A stretch of DNA of 64,000 nucleotides from the human T2T-CHM13v2.0 reference genome, Homo sapiens. A program made the position numbers and the translations under genes. The stretch lies in assembly GCF_009914755.1 (NCBI RefSeq), contig NC_060927.1; one strand, given 5' to 3'. The notes under the pieces were generated by a model, which was not told the origin of the DNA, ran no database searches, and saw only the letters and a program-made list of their open reading frames with translations. Shown here piece after piece: positions 17,604 through 29,692 of the stretch (the stretch's first letter is position 1; each line of letters begins with the position of its first letter).

Positions 17604-18752
17604 CTGTACCTTGCAGCATTCCAAGGACAGGCCTGACTTCTGAGAAGGGAAAGTGGTAAAAGTATTGTCCAGTCCTTTTTCAGTTGGTGGCTGAGCTTGG
17701 TAAGGTGTGTTTTTAAAAGACCATTAGTCTGTTCTACCTTTCCTGAAGACTGAGGACTGTAAGGGATATAAAGGTTTCACTGAACACTAAGAGCCTGAAA
17801 AAATGCTTGACTGACTTGATTAATAAAGGCCGGTCTGCTATCAGACTGTATAGAGGTGGGAAGGCCAAACTGAGGAATTATGTCTGACAGAAGGGAAGAA
17901 ATGACCGTGGTGGCCTTCTCAGACCCTGTGGGAAAGGCCTCTACCTATCCAGTGAAAGTGTCTACCTAGACCAAGAGTTATTTTGGTTTCCTGACTCAGG
18001 GCACGTTGAGTAAAGCTAATTTGGGAGTCCTGGGTGGGGGCAAATCCCTGAGCTTGATGTGTAGGGAAGGGAGGGGGCCTGAATAATCCCTGAGGAGTAG
18101 TAGAATAGCAGATGGAACACTGAGAAGTTATTTCCTTGAGGATAGATTTCCACAATGGAAAGGAAACGAGAGGTTCTGAGAGGCGGGCTAGTGGCTTGTA
18201 CTATAGCATAGCCTGCTTTTGCTGGTGTGTGACAATTAGGCCTGGTGGAACTGCCATCAATAAACTAAGTGTGGTCAGGGTGAGAAACAGGGAAGAAGGA
18301 AATGTGGGGAAATGGGATGAATGTCAGGTGGATCAGAGAGATGCAGTCATGGGGGTCAGGTGTGGTATCAGGAATAATGTGGGAGGCCGGATTGAAGTCC
18401 GGGCCAGGAACAATGGTAATTGTGGGAGACTCAACAAAGAGTACAGCAGAAGGAGCTGGGGAGCAGAATGTATATGTGGCAGGTGTGAGGAAGAAAATAC
18501 ATTTTGGAAATTATGAGAGCTGTAGAGAGTGAGTTGAGCATAGTTTGTGATTTTAAGGGCCTTTAAAAGTATTAGGGTGGGAGCAGCTGCTGCACAGAGA
18601 CATAACAGCCAACCTAAAACAATAAGGTCAAGTTGTTTGGACAAAAAGGCTACAGGACGTGATCCTGGTCCTTGTGTAAGAATTTCAACTGCACAGCGCT
18701 GCACTTCGGCTGTGTGTAATGAAAAGGGTTGGGATGAGTCACGGAGAGCTAG
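17604..18752 (-). pseudogene. pol: HERV-H pol 3' remnant (connection/RNase H and downstream)
   Basis: ORF 18333-18776 has RPVAFLSKQLD; sequence is contiguous with 27076 across the HERV-E insertion. Confidence 0.75.
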
Positions 18753-19249
18753 TGTAACAGGACGAGTTGCAGACAAAACTCCTCAGACACCGGATTAAAG
18801 AAGGAAGAGGTTTTTTTGTTCAGCCGGGAACGTCGGCAGACTCGTGTCTTAAGAGCCGAGCTCCCGGAAAAAGAAATTCCTAGCCCTTTTAAGGGCTGAC
18901 AACTCTAAGCGGTCTACGTGAAAAAGTCATAATAGATCAAGTAAGCGTGAGGAACGTGACTGGGGGCTACATACATCAGCTAACAGAATAAAAAGTTTTT
19001 ACAATGCTTTCTCATACAATGTCTGGAATTTACAGATAACACCAGTAGTTTTGGTCAGGGGTTAATATTATTGATATTTGAACCACCAGGTCCAGGTGGT
19101 GGCACCAAGGTCGTCTAGCTATTTATTTTACTTCTGTTTTTTCCAACTTTTTGCTTTCTCCCTTTTTTGCTGTCTTACAAACTAGGGAAAAGGGGAGGTT
19201 GGGGAGAAACTGGGAAGGACAACCGGAGAAGTGGTGGTCTCATACCATA
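18753..19249 (-). mobile_element. HERV-E 3' LTR (LTR2 family)
   Basis: TATGGTATGAGACCACCACTTCTCC...CTCGTCCTGTTACA, preceded by PPT AAAGGGGGAAA (19250-19260). Confidence 0.88.
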
Positions 19250-19275
19250 TTTCCCCCTTTGAGCATTTTCACTTT

Positions 19276-21323
19276 TTAGTGGGAGTTCTCACTCTCATCT
19301 TTACTTTTTGAGTCTATTTGTGAGATAGAGCGATAGTGATTTATATAACACACGTGTGCTGAAGTTTTCTGATGAACTAAAGTAGCTACAAAACCTTTTA
19401 TCATTTGAAAAAGCAAGGGTAATACACAGGGGAGCAGCAAGCAAGTTCCTATCACTAGCAATACACCTACAATGAGGGTTTTAAATCCTGCTATAGCTGG
19501 AAACCATTTTTCCAATAAAGACTCAGGATTAAACTCGTGCCAAACCTGTACAGGCACATGTGCCACCTTTGTCATGTCCCTGACTATGTTTTTAACCACC
19601 TGTCCTTGATCACTTATTTGTAGGCAGCAATTGGTTAAGTTAAATTTTCCACAAACTCCTCCTTCAGCTACTAGCAAGTAGTCTAAGGCCAGTCTATTCT
19701 GATAGATAGCATTCCTTATTTGGGTTTCTTGCCAAGCTAAAACAGTCAAAGCTCTGCCAGTTTCATTAGTAATTATTTCTAAGATGGCCTGCAACCGTAT
19801 GATCCAATTGAGCATGTAGATGGGGGTTCGGTATCCCCATAAGCCGTCTTGTGCCCATGTGGCAGGCCCATAATACTGAATGATCCTTTCAGGGGGCCAC
19901 TCATTATCTTTCCAGTTTCCTATAACTGTGCCTTTCTTTTCTCGGGAGGCGTAGACAGGGAAACCTAGGAGCTCACCCATTTTTATGGGTAATAAGAAAA
20001 AGGATGGCTTAATAGTGCCAATAACACAACTGCCTGCCCATTTATTAGGTAACCGAATGTAGGCTCTGTGCCTACATATCTAGTATAGACCAGTGGGAAC
20101 CGTCCAGTCCTGATGAGATTCTGGATGAGCCTAAGCATTTTTTAATTTAGAAAATTTACTAAATGGATTCTTTTCAGTGTGGTTTAGGCCCTACTAAGTA
20201 ATTGTCTTTGTTGTGCTGTTATACAACTTCTGTCCTATACAATTAAGCTTTCCTACAGAGATGATAAAGTGTTTCCCTTCTCTAGCTATACAGTATTGTC
20301 TAATAATTGAGGTTTTTAGGACCTAGAAGTTGCTAGCTTCGGCCTTCTAACTGGAATTATATCAGGAGCTGGATCAGTAGGCACCAACTCTCGGGCTTCC
20401 CAAGGCCATCTGTCTCCGATAGTGGTTCCTCCGCATACATAACAAGAAGTAACATTAAGTAAGAAAATTACATTTTCTGCTAATTGGAGAAACACATTTT
20501 TTGTCTTTTTCAGAAGTTCTGGTGCTGGCAGATTCAGCTCCTCATAAAAGGTTTGAAATACTGGTTTGGGAGAGCACTTGTGGACCTCCCCTCTAATTAA
20601 AATGGCAACTTGAGGGTTTCACCCTGTCCTATTGATCCCCAGGGTTACACGTTCTCCCTTTTTCCAAAGGGGATCTAGGGGATTGGTAATTATTAGTTCT
20701 AGTGGGTTACAGTGACCAGCAGCACAGGAGGGGTTGGCTTCCCCCTTCTGAAGATAAACCGGGTCCTTTTTGTTCTTTTTTTAAGTAGCCTAAATAACAC
20801 ATGGCCAATAGGCACAATTTTTACAAACCCCTGACTCATGACAAACATATTTATTTTCTACTCTTTAGCTCCTTTCTCAGTTAAGAGAACCACATCCTAT
20901 TTCTAGCTTTTTACTATTAATGGCTGCACAAGCATCAAATCTTAAAGTTATTTGCTTGGGGATTTCTTTTTCTTCTGTTCTAGTTATTATTTTACTTGTA
21001 TCACCTAGGAAAAGGCCAGTTCTTATTCTTATTTCAAAAACGGTGGTTGCAGGGGGCTCAGATGGGTTATAACACACATCAGGTTGGTCATTTCTCGGGC
21101 TACATACCTTGTACTGAGTGGCATTATACAAACAAGTTTCTTTTATTGTTTCCATACATTCATAATAACTATAGAACAGAAAGATTGTTTTAATTTGCTG
21201 TCCTACTTCGGTGACCTGATGAATACACTGGGAACAGTCCCCAGTTTGAGTAAGATCAGTTGAAGCCCTTACTGTATAAGTCCAAAATTTAAGAAAAATG
21301 AATCCAACGATGAGCTTCCTCAT
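19276..21323 (-). pseudogene. env: HERV-E env; open pieces are SU N-terminus 20877-21323 and TM 19276-19980
   Basis: Signal peptide MRKLIVGFIFLKFWTYTVRA; [14 protein letters not shown]; [13 protein letters not shown]; hydrophobic anchor; multiple stops in SU. Confidence 0.92.
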
Positions 21324-21351
21324 GCTTCGGCCGTGCGTGGACCAGTCAGCT

Positions 21352-24300
21352 TCAGGGTGTGACTGGAGCAGGGCTTGTCGTCTTCTTCAGGGTCACTCTG
21401 CAAGGGTTGTCTGGGCTTGGTCTTGCCTCCCAGGTTTCAGGCGCTGCAGGTTTTACATGGCTGTGGTGGATCCAGGCTGGGATTCCTTCTACCTTCACAG
21501 CGGTGGGAGTGCTCAGAACGACAGTCTGGGGTCCTTTCCACAGTGGACACGAAGAGGCTCCGTTCCAGGTCTTGATCCACACTCGATCACCTGGGGAGAA
21601 TGGGTGAACTGGGGAGAATAAGCTAACAGGGCATCTCTCATTTACCCAGGCTGAGATTGTTTGTGTCATTTTTCCTAAGGCCTGTAGCTGTCGCTGTAAC
21701 TCAATTTCACCTAACTCTCAGGGAGTGCCTGGAAGTCCCCGCAATATAGGAGGGGGCCTATGATATAATATTTCATAAGGGGAATATCCTGTTCTTTTAT
21801 AAGTGGTACATCTAATTTTAAATAATACCATAGGGAGAGCCTGTATCCATTTTAATCCTGTTTCCTGACATACTTTCCCTAAACTATTTTTGATAGTTTG
21901 ATTCATTCACTCCACCTTTCTGGAACTCTGAGGCCAGTAGGCAGCATGCAGTTTCCATGTGATCCCTAATATCTTTGCCGCCTTCTGTACTAAGTCAGCC
22001 AAAAATGCCGGCCTGTTATCTGAGCTGATCCATAAGGGCAGTTCAAATCTAGGAATAAGATCTCGAAGAAGCACACGAGTTACTTTACAAGCTTTCTCAG
22101 TTCGTGTTGGATAAGCCTCCACCTACCCAGATTAGGTACGCCCAAGAACTAGTAAATACTTGTTACCTCTACACTTTGACATCTCTGTGAAGTCCACCTG
22201 GAGATCTTCAAAGGGGGTGCTCCATAAGCTTGTATGCCGGGTGGAATGGCTGGACTTTGCCTCGCATCATGCTGTCGGCAGGTAACACGCCGCTGCCTCA
22301 CCGTTTTGGCAAGAGCTGACAAATGCGAGATGTAGAAATACCAGCCTAACAACTTTTCAAGTGATTCCTGACCTAGATGGGTGGTTTCATGCACAGCCAG
22401 TACAACTGCAGCTCCCAGCAGCTGTGGCACAGCTACTCTCCCATCCGGTAACCGAATCCATCCTTCCTCCATCACTTGTCCTCTCTCTGCCTGGAGAAAG
22501 TCCTTTTCATCTTTAGAATAAGTAGGTACAAGATCAGGTGCTTGAGGGAGCATGGGGGCTGTGACTGATGCCCGGAAGGGGGCAGATGCTGCTTTTCGAG
22601 CCTCTAAGTCAGCGCGGGAATTCCCTAAACCAACCAAGGTGGAAGCTCGCTGGTGTCCTCTGCAATGCATAACTGCCACCTTGTGGGGTCTCCATACGGC
22701 TTTTAATAATTGCAAGATTTCTTGTTGATATTTTATGTCTTTTCCCCCAGAGTTCATTAGGCCCTTTTCTTTATATAATGCTCCACGCACTTGAAGGGTT
22801 GAAAAGGCATATTAAGACTCAGTGTAAATGTTGACATTCTTAGCTTCACTGAGTTCTAAGGCCCGAATGAAAGCAGTGAGTTCAGCTTTCTGAGCTGAAG
22901 TGCCCTGGGGAAACGATCTGGCTTCAGCAACAGTGTCCAGAGTTACCACCGCATATCTTGCACATCTCTCTCCTTGTGGGTTGATGAAGCTGCTCCCAGC
23001 CACGTATAGTTCCTAGTCTACTGATGCCTAAGGCTGGTCCTGGAGGTTAGGTCTGCTAGAGTAAACTGAGTCCAACACTTCTACACAGTCACGCTCGACA
23101 GGGCTCTCTGATACTGGGAGCAAGGTAGTGGGGTTCAGGGTGTTACAAACTTCAATGGTTATACGGGGATTTTCACAGAGCAAACTTTAGTACTTAGTGA
23201 GTCTAGCATTCATTAGCCAATGATGTCCTTTAGTATTCATTAAAGTCACCACAGCATGGGGGGCCTTTATGTTCAGGTTTTCTTCAAGAGTCAGCTTATC
23301 TGCTTCTTGTACTAGCAGGGCAGTTGCTGCCAAGGCCCTTAAACACAGGGGCCATCCTTTAGAAACCCCGTCTAGTTGTTTAGAGAGGAAGGCCACCGGC
23401 CTCGGCCAGAGACCCATAGTTGGGATTAAAACTCCAACTGCCATCTTTTCTCTCTCTGACACATACGATGGAAAAGGCTTTGTTAGATCGGGTAGCCCCA
23501 GGGCTGGGGCTGATATAAATCTTTCCTTTATCTCATGAAAGGCTTGCTGTTGCTGGGATCCCCATTCAAAAAGTCCCGCCCCCCCCCTCCTTGTGACCTC
23601 ATACAAAGGCTTGGCTAATACTGCAAAGTTTGGCATCTACAGTCTGCAAAACCCCACAGCCCATAAGAATTCTCTCACCTGCCTTCTGGTCTTAGGCTCC
23701 GGTAGATTTCAAATGACCTGCTTTCTTTCTGATCCTAGGCTGCTCTCCCCCTTTCGGATAGTAAATCCCAAGTAATGTACCTGCTGTCAGCAGATCTAAG
23801 CTTTTTTCTTGGACATCTTATACCCACAGTCCTCCAGGTGCCGGAGTAGAGCATCTGTTCCTTTGGTGCACCCGGCTGCCGTGGAGTGTCCCAGCAAAAG
23901 GTCATCAACGTACTGAAGCAACACGCAGTCTAGGTCTCTGGTGGGAAACTTCTGGAGGTCTCGAGGCAATGCCTCCCCGAAGATGGTGGGGGAGTTCTTG
24001 AACCCTTGGGGAAGCCCGGTCCAAGTGTACTGAGTAGTGACACCTGACTCCAGATCTTCCCACTGAAAGGCAAACAGCTTCTGGCTCTCAGGGGCTAATC
24101 TGATGCTAAAGAAAGCATCTTTCAGGTCCAAGCAGGTGAAGCAGCTGTCCTCAGCTGGCAGCAACCCCAGCAAAGTGTACGGGTTAAGTACTGCTGGATG
24201 TAAAGTCACTGTAGCCTGATTCACCAAGTGCAAATCCTGTACCGGCCAGTAGTCCTTGGTCTTAGGCTTGGGAACAGGCAGGAGGGGAGTGTTCCATGGA

Positions 24301-24931
24301 GACTGACAAGGAACTCTAATTCCAAAAGTTCTTAGGTGCTTGAGATGGACCTGGATACCTTCAAGAGCTTCTCTGGGGACCGGCTCCTGTTTTTGCCTAA
24401 TCGGCTGGGCCCTAGGCTTAACGTCTATAAGTACGGGGGCTTGGTTGCAAACCCTGGAGGGTTGTCTTCCACCCACACTCTTGGCCACAGCTTAGCCAGA
24501 GCTGGTCTTATCTCTTGGCCCCACTCAGTTAAGAAAAGTCTCCATTCTTCCTCTCGGGGGACCGTAAGGGTCATAATGACTCCCATTCTGGGTAACTTTA
24601 GCAGCAAAGAGCCATGCTCTGTAAAAGAGATAGTGGCTCTCAGTTTGCTAAGCAAGTCCCTTCCCAACAAGCACAAGGGACAGTCAGGTGTGTACCAAAA
24701 CTGATGAATCACTTTATGTCCTCCTACAGCACAAGTCCGAGGCAAGCAGAAAGCTTGCTTTGCTGAAACTCCCGTGGCTCCGATGATGTCAATAATCTTT
24801 TTGGATAAGGGGGCGACCGGGGCGGTTACTACCGAATGTTTAGCACCGGTATCTACAAGAAAATCAATGTCTTTACCCCTAACTGTCATCCTGACCATGG
24901 GCTCTTTGGGGGTCCTTGAGCCCAGTCCCCC
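21352..24931 (-). pseudogene. pol: HERV-E pro-pol (PR, RT, RNase H, IN), disrupted
   Basis: FLVDTGA (PR); LDLKDAFF, LPQGFKNSP and QYVDDLL (RT); SAQKAEL and HCRGHQ (RNase H); SDN and WKGP..V (IN). Confidence 0.93.
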
Positions 24932-26526
24932 TCAGTCCAATAACCCTTCTGCCAGGTTGAGCAGGGCCCCTTCATCCTTGTCCGGGGCCTCCTGCTCTGA
25001 GTCACCTGGTTTTCTTTTTAGCTGAGGGTATTTGTTTTTCCATTGTCCTATTTCTTAACAATAAGCACACTGATTACGCTGCAAGCTCTGAGAGCCAGGC
25101 TGAGTTTCCTTCCCGGGGCCCCCCTTCCCTTGCCTCTTTGGGGGACCCCTTTGATTGCTGTCGCTAACAGGTCAGTGTTTCGCTGGGCCTGAGGTTCATT
25201 GTCTCTGTGGTTTTCCTTACGGCTTACTGCATCCCTGCATCCCTATTTACAAACACCTGGTTAGCTATTTCAAATAACTGTGATGTGTTCATCCCTGCAA
25301 ACTCAGCCTGTTTCTGCAGTTTTCTTCTAATGTCTTCTGCGCTTTGACTAACTAAAGCCATGTTAATCATGCCTTGATTTTCAGGGCTATCAGGATCAAA
25401 GGGAGTATACATACCATAGGCCTCACACAGTCTCTCCTAATTGTGCTGGACTTTCTTCTTTTCTCTGAATGACCTCAGAGACTTTGTTAACATTTGTGGT
25501 CTTCTGGGCTCCCCTCTTTAATCCTTCCAAGAGAGCTTCCCTGTCTCTGTTTAGCCTTTGCATATCCTCTCTTTCATGTGGGTCCCACTGGGGATCAGTT
25601 CCTGGTAACTGGGTGCTTACATACTCTTGAGGGTTTTGGTAATCAGCTGGTGCATGTTCCTCTAGCCACTTAGTTGCTTCTTGGCGCACTCTCCGCCTTT
25701 CATCTGTGTTAAAGAGGAACATGAGCAACTGGTGGCAATCAGCCCAGGTGGGGTTATGGGTCTGGATAATAGTTTGGAGCAAATCAATCAGAGCTTGTGG
25801 CTTTTCGGTACAGGATGGGGTATTGTTTTTCCAGTTGAGAAGGTGGGCAGAGGTGAAGGGCTGGTACCCAAAAACACGCCTCCCCACCACGTGACCATCC
25901 TCATCTATCCCAGTATACCGCTGCTCTCTCAGGGGCATTTGTGTCCCCGTTTTGGGTCTTAAATGAGCTACCAAGGGAGGGGTTTCTCCCGAGTCCTCAC
26001 CTCCTCTCTTGTCTACTCTGGGTGGCCTAGGGAAATGTTTGTCTTGTGGAGGCGCAAGCACTGTGGACTCAAAAGTGGGGAGCCTGCCTCCCTGGTAAGG
26101 AGAGGGCACCACTGGGATCACTGGTGCCATCTCCTGCAATGGATCTTCTGATGTTGGGTCGAACAGAACTTCAGGAGTTGATTTCCCTCGGCGGGTGGAG
26201 CGGGATCCTTCCTTGGCTATCTGTCACTTTGCTACTAGCACTGCTGCTGCCTGCCCTCTTAGCCACTGTGGGGGTTTTAGCATCAGCTGTAACCAAGTGT
26301 CTATGTATGGGAACGGGTCTGGGTGTCCTGACTTACTAGTTACCTTGTGCCATACCTTAGAAACAAGGGACCTGTCCAGGCTTCCTTCTGATGGCCACCC
26401 TACTTCTAATGTTGGCCAATCTATTTCACACAAAGTTCTAAGTTCCCCAAAGTCTCCATTAAATCCTTTCTTAAAATTTTTCAACATACTTCCTAGTGGA
26501 GTAGGCTTACTTTGCATCTGACCCAC
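24932..26526 (-). pseudogene. gag: HERV-E gag, disrupted
   Basis: GQMQSKPTPL..LCEIDWP (MA, start codon now GTG); YQPFTSA.LLNWK and THNPTWADC (CA); TGA at 24934-24932 in frame with pro. Confidence 0.9.
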
Positions 26527-27050
26527 GTTTCCTCGAGACAAAACACCAAGCTCAAACCACAGGCACACCACAGAACAAAGAATGGGTAAAAAGGGCACAC
26601 ACACACTTTTTCAGTTTTCACCAAACCAGAATCAAAACCAAAATCAGAGTATCCAGAAATCCAAGCCAGGTCAAACCAAAACCAAAGTATCAAGCAATTC
26701 AAGTCAAGTCAAAAACAAAAACCAAAGTGCCAGTACAGGCACGCCGTGGGTGATCAGGCCACGCTTCCACTCAAATGGAGTGGGCAAGTTCCAAAGATCA
26801 GTCTTACCAAGTTTCAAATGTCCGGACTCCAAGTGCCTCTTCCTTCCCTGTGTTCAGCCACTGTGTTGATCCTCCATGGGGGCCTACCACACACTCCTCT
26901 GATGAGGCATTCCTCTGGGGCAATTGCCTACCCGGGAGAGCTCTCAGGATCCGTGTCGCTCAAGCTGGCCGGAGTCCCCCGCAGGGATGCTCCACAGGGC
27001 AGGCCTAAGCCACCTAACGGGCTGCCTCGACTTTCCGTCAATTACCTCGC

Positions 27051-27068
27051 TTCCCAGTCAGGGAACCA
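27051..27068 (-). promoter_or_regulatory. Primer binding site, tRNA-Glu (HERV-E)
   Basis: TGGTTCCCTGACTGGGAA. Confidence 0.9.
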
Positions 27069-27075
27069 AGACTAG

Positions 27076-28200
27076 GGTGGGGGCAGTCTTTAAAGCTGTC
27101 TTCAAGGAACAGAAAGAGGGTGGGGAAAGGATTTAGGATCTATGGGGTCAGCTAGGTTTCCTTTTGTGAGGTTATATAATGGTTTTGTTAGGATGGCAAA
27201 ACCAGATATCTAAAGATGAACGTATCCAACCATGCCCAGGAAGGAAAGGAGTTGTTGTTTTGTAGAAGGGGTTGGGGTTTTAGAGATTAGTCACACACGA
27301 TCGGCAGGTAGAGCACGTGTGTTTTTATGAGAATTATGCTGAGATAGATAACACATAAGGAAGAAATTTGGGCTTGACTGAAGTAATGGGGGCTGTCTGT
27401 GAAGCTTTGCAGCAGTACAGCCCAGGTAATTTGCTGAGCCTGATGGGTGTCAGGGTCAGTCCAAGTGAAAGCAAAGAATGGCTGGGATGAAGGGTGCAAA
27501 GGAATAGTAAAGAAAGCATGTTTGAGATCCAGAACAGAATAATGGGTTGTGGAGGGAGGAATTGAGGATAGGAGAGTATATGTGTTTGTTACCGTGGGGT
27601 GGATAGGCAAAACAATTTGGTTGATAAGTCATAGATCCTGAACTAACTTGTAAGGCTTGTCTGGTTTTAAGACAGGTAAGATGGGGGAATTGTAAGGAGA
27701 GTTTATAGGCTTTAAAAGGCCATGCTGTGGCAGGTGAGTGATAACAGGCTTTAATCCTTTCAAAGCATGCTGTGGGATGAGATATTGGCATTGAGCGGGG
27801 TAAGGGTGATTAGGTTTTAATGAGATGGTAAGGGGTGCATGATAGGTTGCCAAGGAGGGAGTAGAGGTATCTTCTACTTGTGGGTTAAGGTGGGTGGCAA
27901 TGAGATGTATCTGTAGTCTGGGAATAGTCAGGGAAGCAGATAATTTAGTTGAAGTGTCTCGGCCTAATAAGGGAACTGGGCAGGTGGGGATAACTAAAAA
28001 GGACTGCTTAAAAGAGTATTGTCTAAGTTGGCACCAGAGTTGGGGAGTTTTAAGAGGTTTAGAAGCCTGGCTGTCAATACCCACAACAGTTATGGAGGCA
28101 AGGGAAACAGGCCCTTGAAAAGAAGGTAATGTGGATTGGGTAGCCTCTGTATTGATTAAGAAGGGGATGGACTTACACTCCACTGTGAGAGTAACCTAGA
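27076..28200 (-). pseudogene. pol: HERV-H pro / RT N-terminal remnant
   Basis: FLINTEAT (degenerate PR site), PLLGRD, SPYNSPILPVLKP, VLDLKHAFFTIPL. Confidence 0.85.
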
Positions 28201-29450
28201 GTGTCTGTGATGGTCCTGTAGGCTTCCAAGGCGATCGATCGGGCAGTGTCGGTCTGCAGCTGCTAAGCCAAGAAGATCTGGAAAGGAGTCAGTCAGAGAG
28301 CCTTGGGCTCTGGGAGTGGTGCCAGGTGAGTTGAACAGTCCGATTTCTAGTGGGGTCCCACACAGATGGGACATGGCTTAGGAGGAATCCCAGGTTGTGG
28401 GCATTCCTTGGTCTGGTGGCCAGATTTCTGGCACTTGTAGCAAGCTTCTGGGAGAGGAGGTTCTGGAGGAATGCCTGGCCACTGCACTTTAGGCGTTTGG
28501 AAGCTCTTGTGTGCTGGAGATGTGGCTGGGGTTTGTCTCACAGTGGAGGCAAGGAATTGCAACTGAGAAATATGTTGCTACTTGGCTGCCTCTACTCTCT
28601 TATTGTACACCTTGAAGGCGAGGTTAATTAAGTCCTGTTGTGGGGTTTGAGGGCCGGAATTTAATTTTTGGAGTTCTATTTAATGTCGGGAGCAGATTGA
28701 GTAATAAAATGTATATTGAGAATAAGACGGCCTTTTGACCTCTTAGGGCCTAGGGCTGTAAAGCATCTCAGGGTTGCTGCCAAACGAGCCATGAACTGGG
28801 GTGGATTTTTATATTTGATGAAAAAGAGCCTAAACCTTATCTGATTTGGGATAAAGAAAAAGGAGCATTAACCTTGACTATGCCTTTAGCTCCAGCCACC
28901 TTTTTAAGAGTAAATTGCTGGGCAGGTTGGGGAGGGCTAGTCATGGAATGAAACTGTAAGCCAGACCCAGTGTAAGGAGGGGAGGTGATAAAAGGATTAT
29001 AGGGTGGAGGAGCAGAGGCTGAGGAAGAATTGGGACCTAGCTCAGCCTGGCAAGGAGGGGAGAGGTCAGATGGGTCTGTAGAAAAGGAAGATTAGAAAGA
29101 CTCAGCAACACTTGGGGTTGGGACTGAGGGGACAGGTGGGAGGGAAAGAAAGAAGATTTGGGATGAGTTGCATTGGGAACAGAGACTAGGGAGGGACCGA
29201 AGTGTAATAGAATGCCTGGACATCAGGGACCTGAGGCCATTTGCCCATCTTATGGCAAGAATTATCTAGATCTTGTAGGATGGAAAAATTGAAAGTGCCA
29301 TTTTCTGGCTATTTGAAACCACTCTTGAGTTTGTATTGGGGTCAAGCGGCATTGTAGAAGAAAATAAGGCATTTAGGTTTTAGGTCAGGTGTGAGTTGAA
29401 GAGGTTTTAGGTTTTGAAGAACACTGGCTAAGGGAGAAGAAAGGGGAATG
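28200..29450 (-). pseudogene. gag: HERV-H gag remnant
   Basis: Zinc knuckles CYKCQKSGHQTKEC and CPICVGPH in ORF 28347-28562; 5' boundary approximate. Confidence 0.75.
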
Positions 29451-29564
29451 GAGGGTGGAATCTTGCCCATAGTGAAGGAGGCAAGCCTAGAGAAAAGAGA
29501 GAGTAGAGACACAAAGAGAAGGGGTGGGGCATTCTTGCCTTCCAGAAAAGCAGGAAATGGGTTG

Positions 29565-29692
29565 GGGCACAGAAATAAAGGGTTGGGGTGCAGAGATAGG
29601 AGGTCAGGTTGTGGAAATAAGGGATCAGAGCACAGAGATAAGAGGGCAGGGCATGGAAATAAGGGATCGGGGTGCAGAGATAAGAGGGCGGG
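29565..29692. repeat. About 20-bp degenerate tandem repeats of the HERV-H leader
   Basis: Repeated gaaataagggat / gcagagataagagg units. Confidence 0.7.

Larger units (their letters stand above)
18753..27071 (-). mobile_element. HERV-E provirus lacking its 5' LTR, nested in HERV-H pol
   Basis: tRNA-Glu PBS, gag-pro-pol-env, PPT and a single 3' LTR; TSD CTAG at 18749-18752 and 27072-27075. Confidence 0.93.

Noticed and set aside
20347-20349. Additional apparent TAG in HERV-E env
   Set aside because: It coincides with a frameshift, so it was not counted as a Trp>stop change.
23796-24898. Open PR and RT frames with intact DTG and YVDD motifs, considered as an active enzyme
   Set aside because: The two are separated by a frameshift, gag upstream is broken, and RT is truncated by downstream frameshifts and stops.
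26620-26725. Short repeated aaaacc/aaaatc units in the HERV-E leader, considered as an array
   Set aside because: Degenerate low-complexity ERV leader repeats with no constant repeat-spacer structure; nothing CRISPR-like is present in this eukaryotic window.
27051-27068. tRNA-like sequence (also at 30160 and 61514)
   Set aside because: These are 18-nt retroviral primer binding sites, not tRNA genes.
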